From Scyliorhinus canicula (taxonomy: Eukaryota), in assembly GCF_902713615.1 (NCBI RefSeq), contig NC_052167.1:16775983-16839982 (forward strand): a stretch of DNA of 64,000 nt, in the 5' to 3' direction. The stretch's first letter is position 1, and each line of letters begins with the position of its first letter. A program made the translations under genes and the position numbers. The notes beneath the pieces are model-generated. The model ran no database searches. It was not told where the DNA came from and saw only the letters and a list, made by a program, of their open reading frames with translations. Shown here piece after piece: positions 61,654 through 64,000 of the stretch.

Positions 61654-64000
61654 TCAGTTGAAGTCGAGCTCATAATGCCAACATTGGTGGAAAGCAAGTC
61701 ATGGGAGGCCCTAGAGAGGCTGCAAGGAGAACTAGGCTGGGTGAATAGCTCAGTCGGCTGGACGGCTGGTTCGTGTTGCGGAGCGGCATGAACAGCGTGG
61801 GTTCAAGTCCTGGTGCTGGCACGGAGCTTATTCACACCGTCTAAAAAAGATGACCCTCAGGTCAAATCACCACCAGTCAGCCCTCAAAGGGGAGGGCAGC
61901 TTACGTACTCTGGGGCAACAAGATGGCAGACGAGGGAAGTCTGAAGTTCTAAGAATAGGGTGAGGAACCTTTCAAAGGTTACATAAATTCAGATCAGTAT
62001 TAGTGTAGCATAATGGCTATATTATTGGGATCTGGGAAGGAAGGCTGCATTAAGGGAGGCATTGGGTGATTACTTGAGTAGAAACAAAGTACGGGGGAAA
62101 GTCATGATGCTCGTTTGGCGAGGCGGTGCTGACATGATGTGCCAAATGATCTCCTTCTGCACCATGGCAATGGAGGGCTGCTGGATTGGTCCTCCATCAA
62201 GTAGTTCAACTCCTTGCCTTTCACAGTCAATGACATCATCAGATGACCAATAGACTCTGATGGCTTTTAAAGTTCCAAAACACCGAATTAGATCATTTTG
62301 CGGACCTTACTCCCTTGTACCAGGGTATGCAATGCAGAAGATAATGTTTTATATTTGGGGTGAGTGTTTTGGGGCAGGGACTGTTGTTATTTGTATTGTT
62401 CTGTTGCACATAACTGATATGCTGGGGGCTGTTTGTTACCAATACTTGCCAATATTCTGTTCGATTGAATGTAAACCAGGAGGCTTTTATAGCTAATCTC
62501 GAGATTGCAAACTGCATTAGAAATCTTTACTTATTGGAAGGAGAGGACCACAATAATCAGGATTAAGGATTCTTCCCCCAAACCGTGAACTTGTGTTTTG
62601 TTTTGTATGGGAACAATAGGGTGCATTAGCTGAGTTCCTTGGCTGTGAGGACTTTGGAAAATCAAAGGGGCTTCCTTTACTCGCATGGGAGCTCTTAATG
62701 ACTTACTTGGTTATATAAAACCTGGAAATGCAGAGCTCACCTTACAATTAACAAGAACAGTCTGTAAACACAGAAATGGATCTTGTACCCACAACACTTA
62801 TCAATTAGCCCTACAACCGGAGCCAGCGTCACACCAGAACAAGCCATTCGTCAGAACAATGAGCGGGAGCACAGCACAATTTGCTTCCACACTACACCAT
62901 TTGGTTTGTGGGTTCCAGAGGGAGCTCCGTAAATGTTTAGGAACGGGCATTGATTATCCTTGACGTTGGGCTGAATGGGATTTTCTTGAAGGCCTCTGGA
63001 CGCACTGGTATAGAACTCACTCACCCCCCCCCCCCCCCCCCCCCCCCCCCCCACCCGTTAGGGGTAACAGCCAGTGAGTGGCTGTCTTAGAACATAGAAC
63101 ATAGAACTGTGCAGCACAGTACAGGCCCTTCAGCCCACGATGTCGAACTAGTCTGAAACTAAGATCAAATCAATGTCGAGAAGCCTGTCTCTCCCTTAAG
63201 GCTTTTCTCTCAGTTGCTCCCATTCATCTCCCAATTATCCCGCCGAAAAGGAGCTATCCCTATTGGGATAACCAATCCAGCTGCTTAATCCGTCTGGAAG
63301 TTTTAGGAGAGGGCAGAATCTCTGAACAAGCTGAGGTGAACATTAATGGTCAGAATGCTGGACAGCACTTGCTGAAGAAAAATGGTGCCGACGTCACTTC
63401 AAAACAAGCTCTGCTAAAAAAATAAACAGCTGAGAAAATCATCATCAAATTCCAGAACTTTCCCAAAAGCTGAGGTCAGGTGAATGTAATATTTATTGAC
63501 ATCAACGAGATCCAAATTCATTTTGGTGTGTGTGTGAGATTGGGTGGGAATGGGGGGGGGGGGGGGGGGGGGGGGGGGGTGCGGAGTCTTTATCTCGTCA
63601 ACCTTTCCTGGTGGATGTTGATGCTAAACCTTGAGAAGCAGGTTCTACACACGTGCCCCGCAACTTTCAGCCAAGTAACATTGTGGGTTATTGTTTCCAA
63701 TGTTGGCGCTTATTGCCAACCTGCTGTAGCCATTGCTTATTGTGGCTGTGCATGCCAGCTCACAGGAGGTGTGACCATTTTCTTCTTTCACCAGCTGGTG
63801 ACTCCGAGGTGTGATGATTTGTGTTTAAAGCCTTCACGTCACATTCGCAAGCATCCTTGATGTGAAGCTTTGAGCGTTCCCATTGGTGACCTGGCCCCAG
63901 TTACCTCACCATACAGAAGGCTCTTGGGCCTGTGAATGCGGACGTGCCCGATCCATCTCTGTTTGGTTAGTTCCAACACGATTGTGAGCTCTGCCTTAGA

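Noticed and set aside
48860-64000. An additional protein-coding gene in the right-hand 15 kb
   Set aside because: No ORF with recognisable homology and no consistent exon chain; appears to be Msx3 upstream intergenic DNA plus repeats.

Overview
Vertebrate genomic DNA, most likely a cartilaginous fish. This is inferred from the dense HE1/V-SINE-like tRNA-derived SINEs, CR1 LINEs and Penelope-like elements. Three intron-containing genes were reconstructed by hand with GT-AG boundaries and consistent phases. (1) TUBGCP2 (minus strand): first 9 coding exons at 18079 to 1953, continuing off the left edge. (2) ZNF511 (plus strand): 6 exons, about 23172-35583, head-to-head with TUBGCP2 across a CpG-island promoter. 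(3) A two-exon Msx homeobox gene (minus strand, 46618 to 41498, 276 aa), whose sequence and Tubgcp2-Znf511-Msx3 synteny identify it as Msx3. The rest is nested transposons, four minisatellites, a degenerate tRNA-Thr(UGU), G/C-rich tracts and a 172-N gap. Most notable: ZNF511 has no in-frame AUG in exon 1 (non-AUG start or assembly indel); a Penelope-like element with inverted terminal repeats carrying degenerate minimal hammerhead-ribozyme-like folds; a second dispersed hammerhead-like repeat family, one copy forming a ~95-bp palindrome; and a bidirectional promoter built from 40-bp tandem NRF1/CRE-like units. Most ORFs in the supplied track are spurious. Repeat boundaries are approximate unless a TSD is given.
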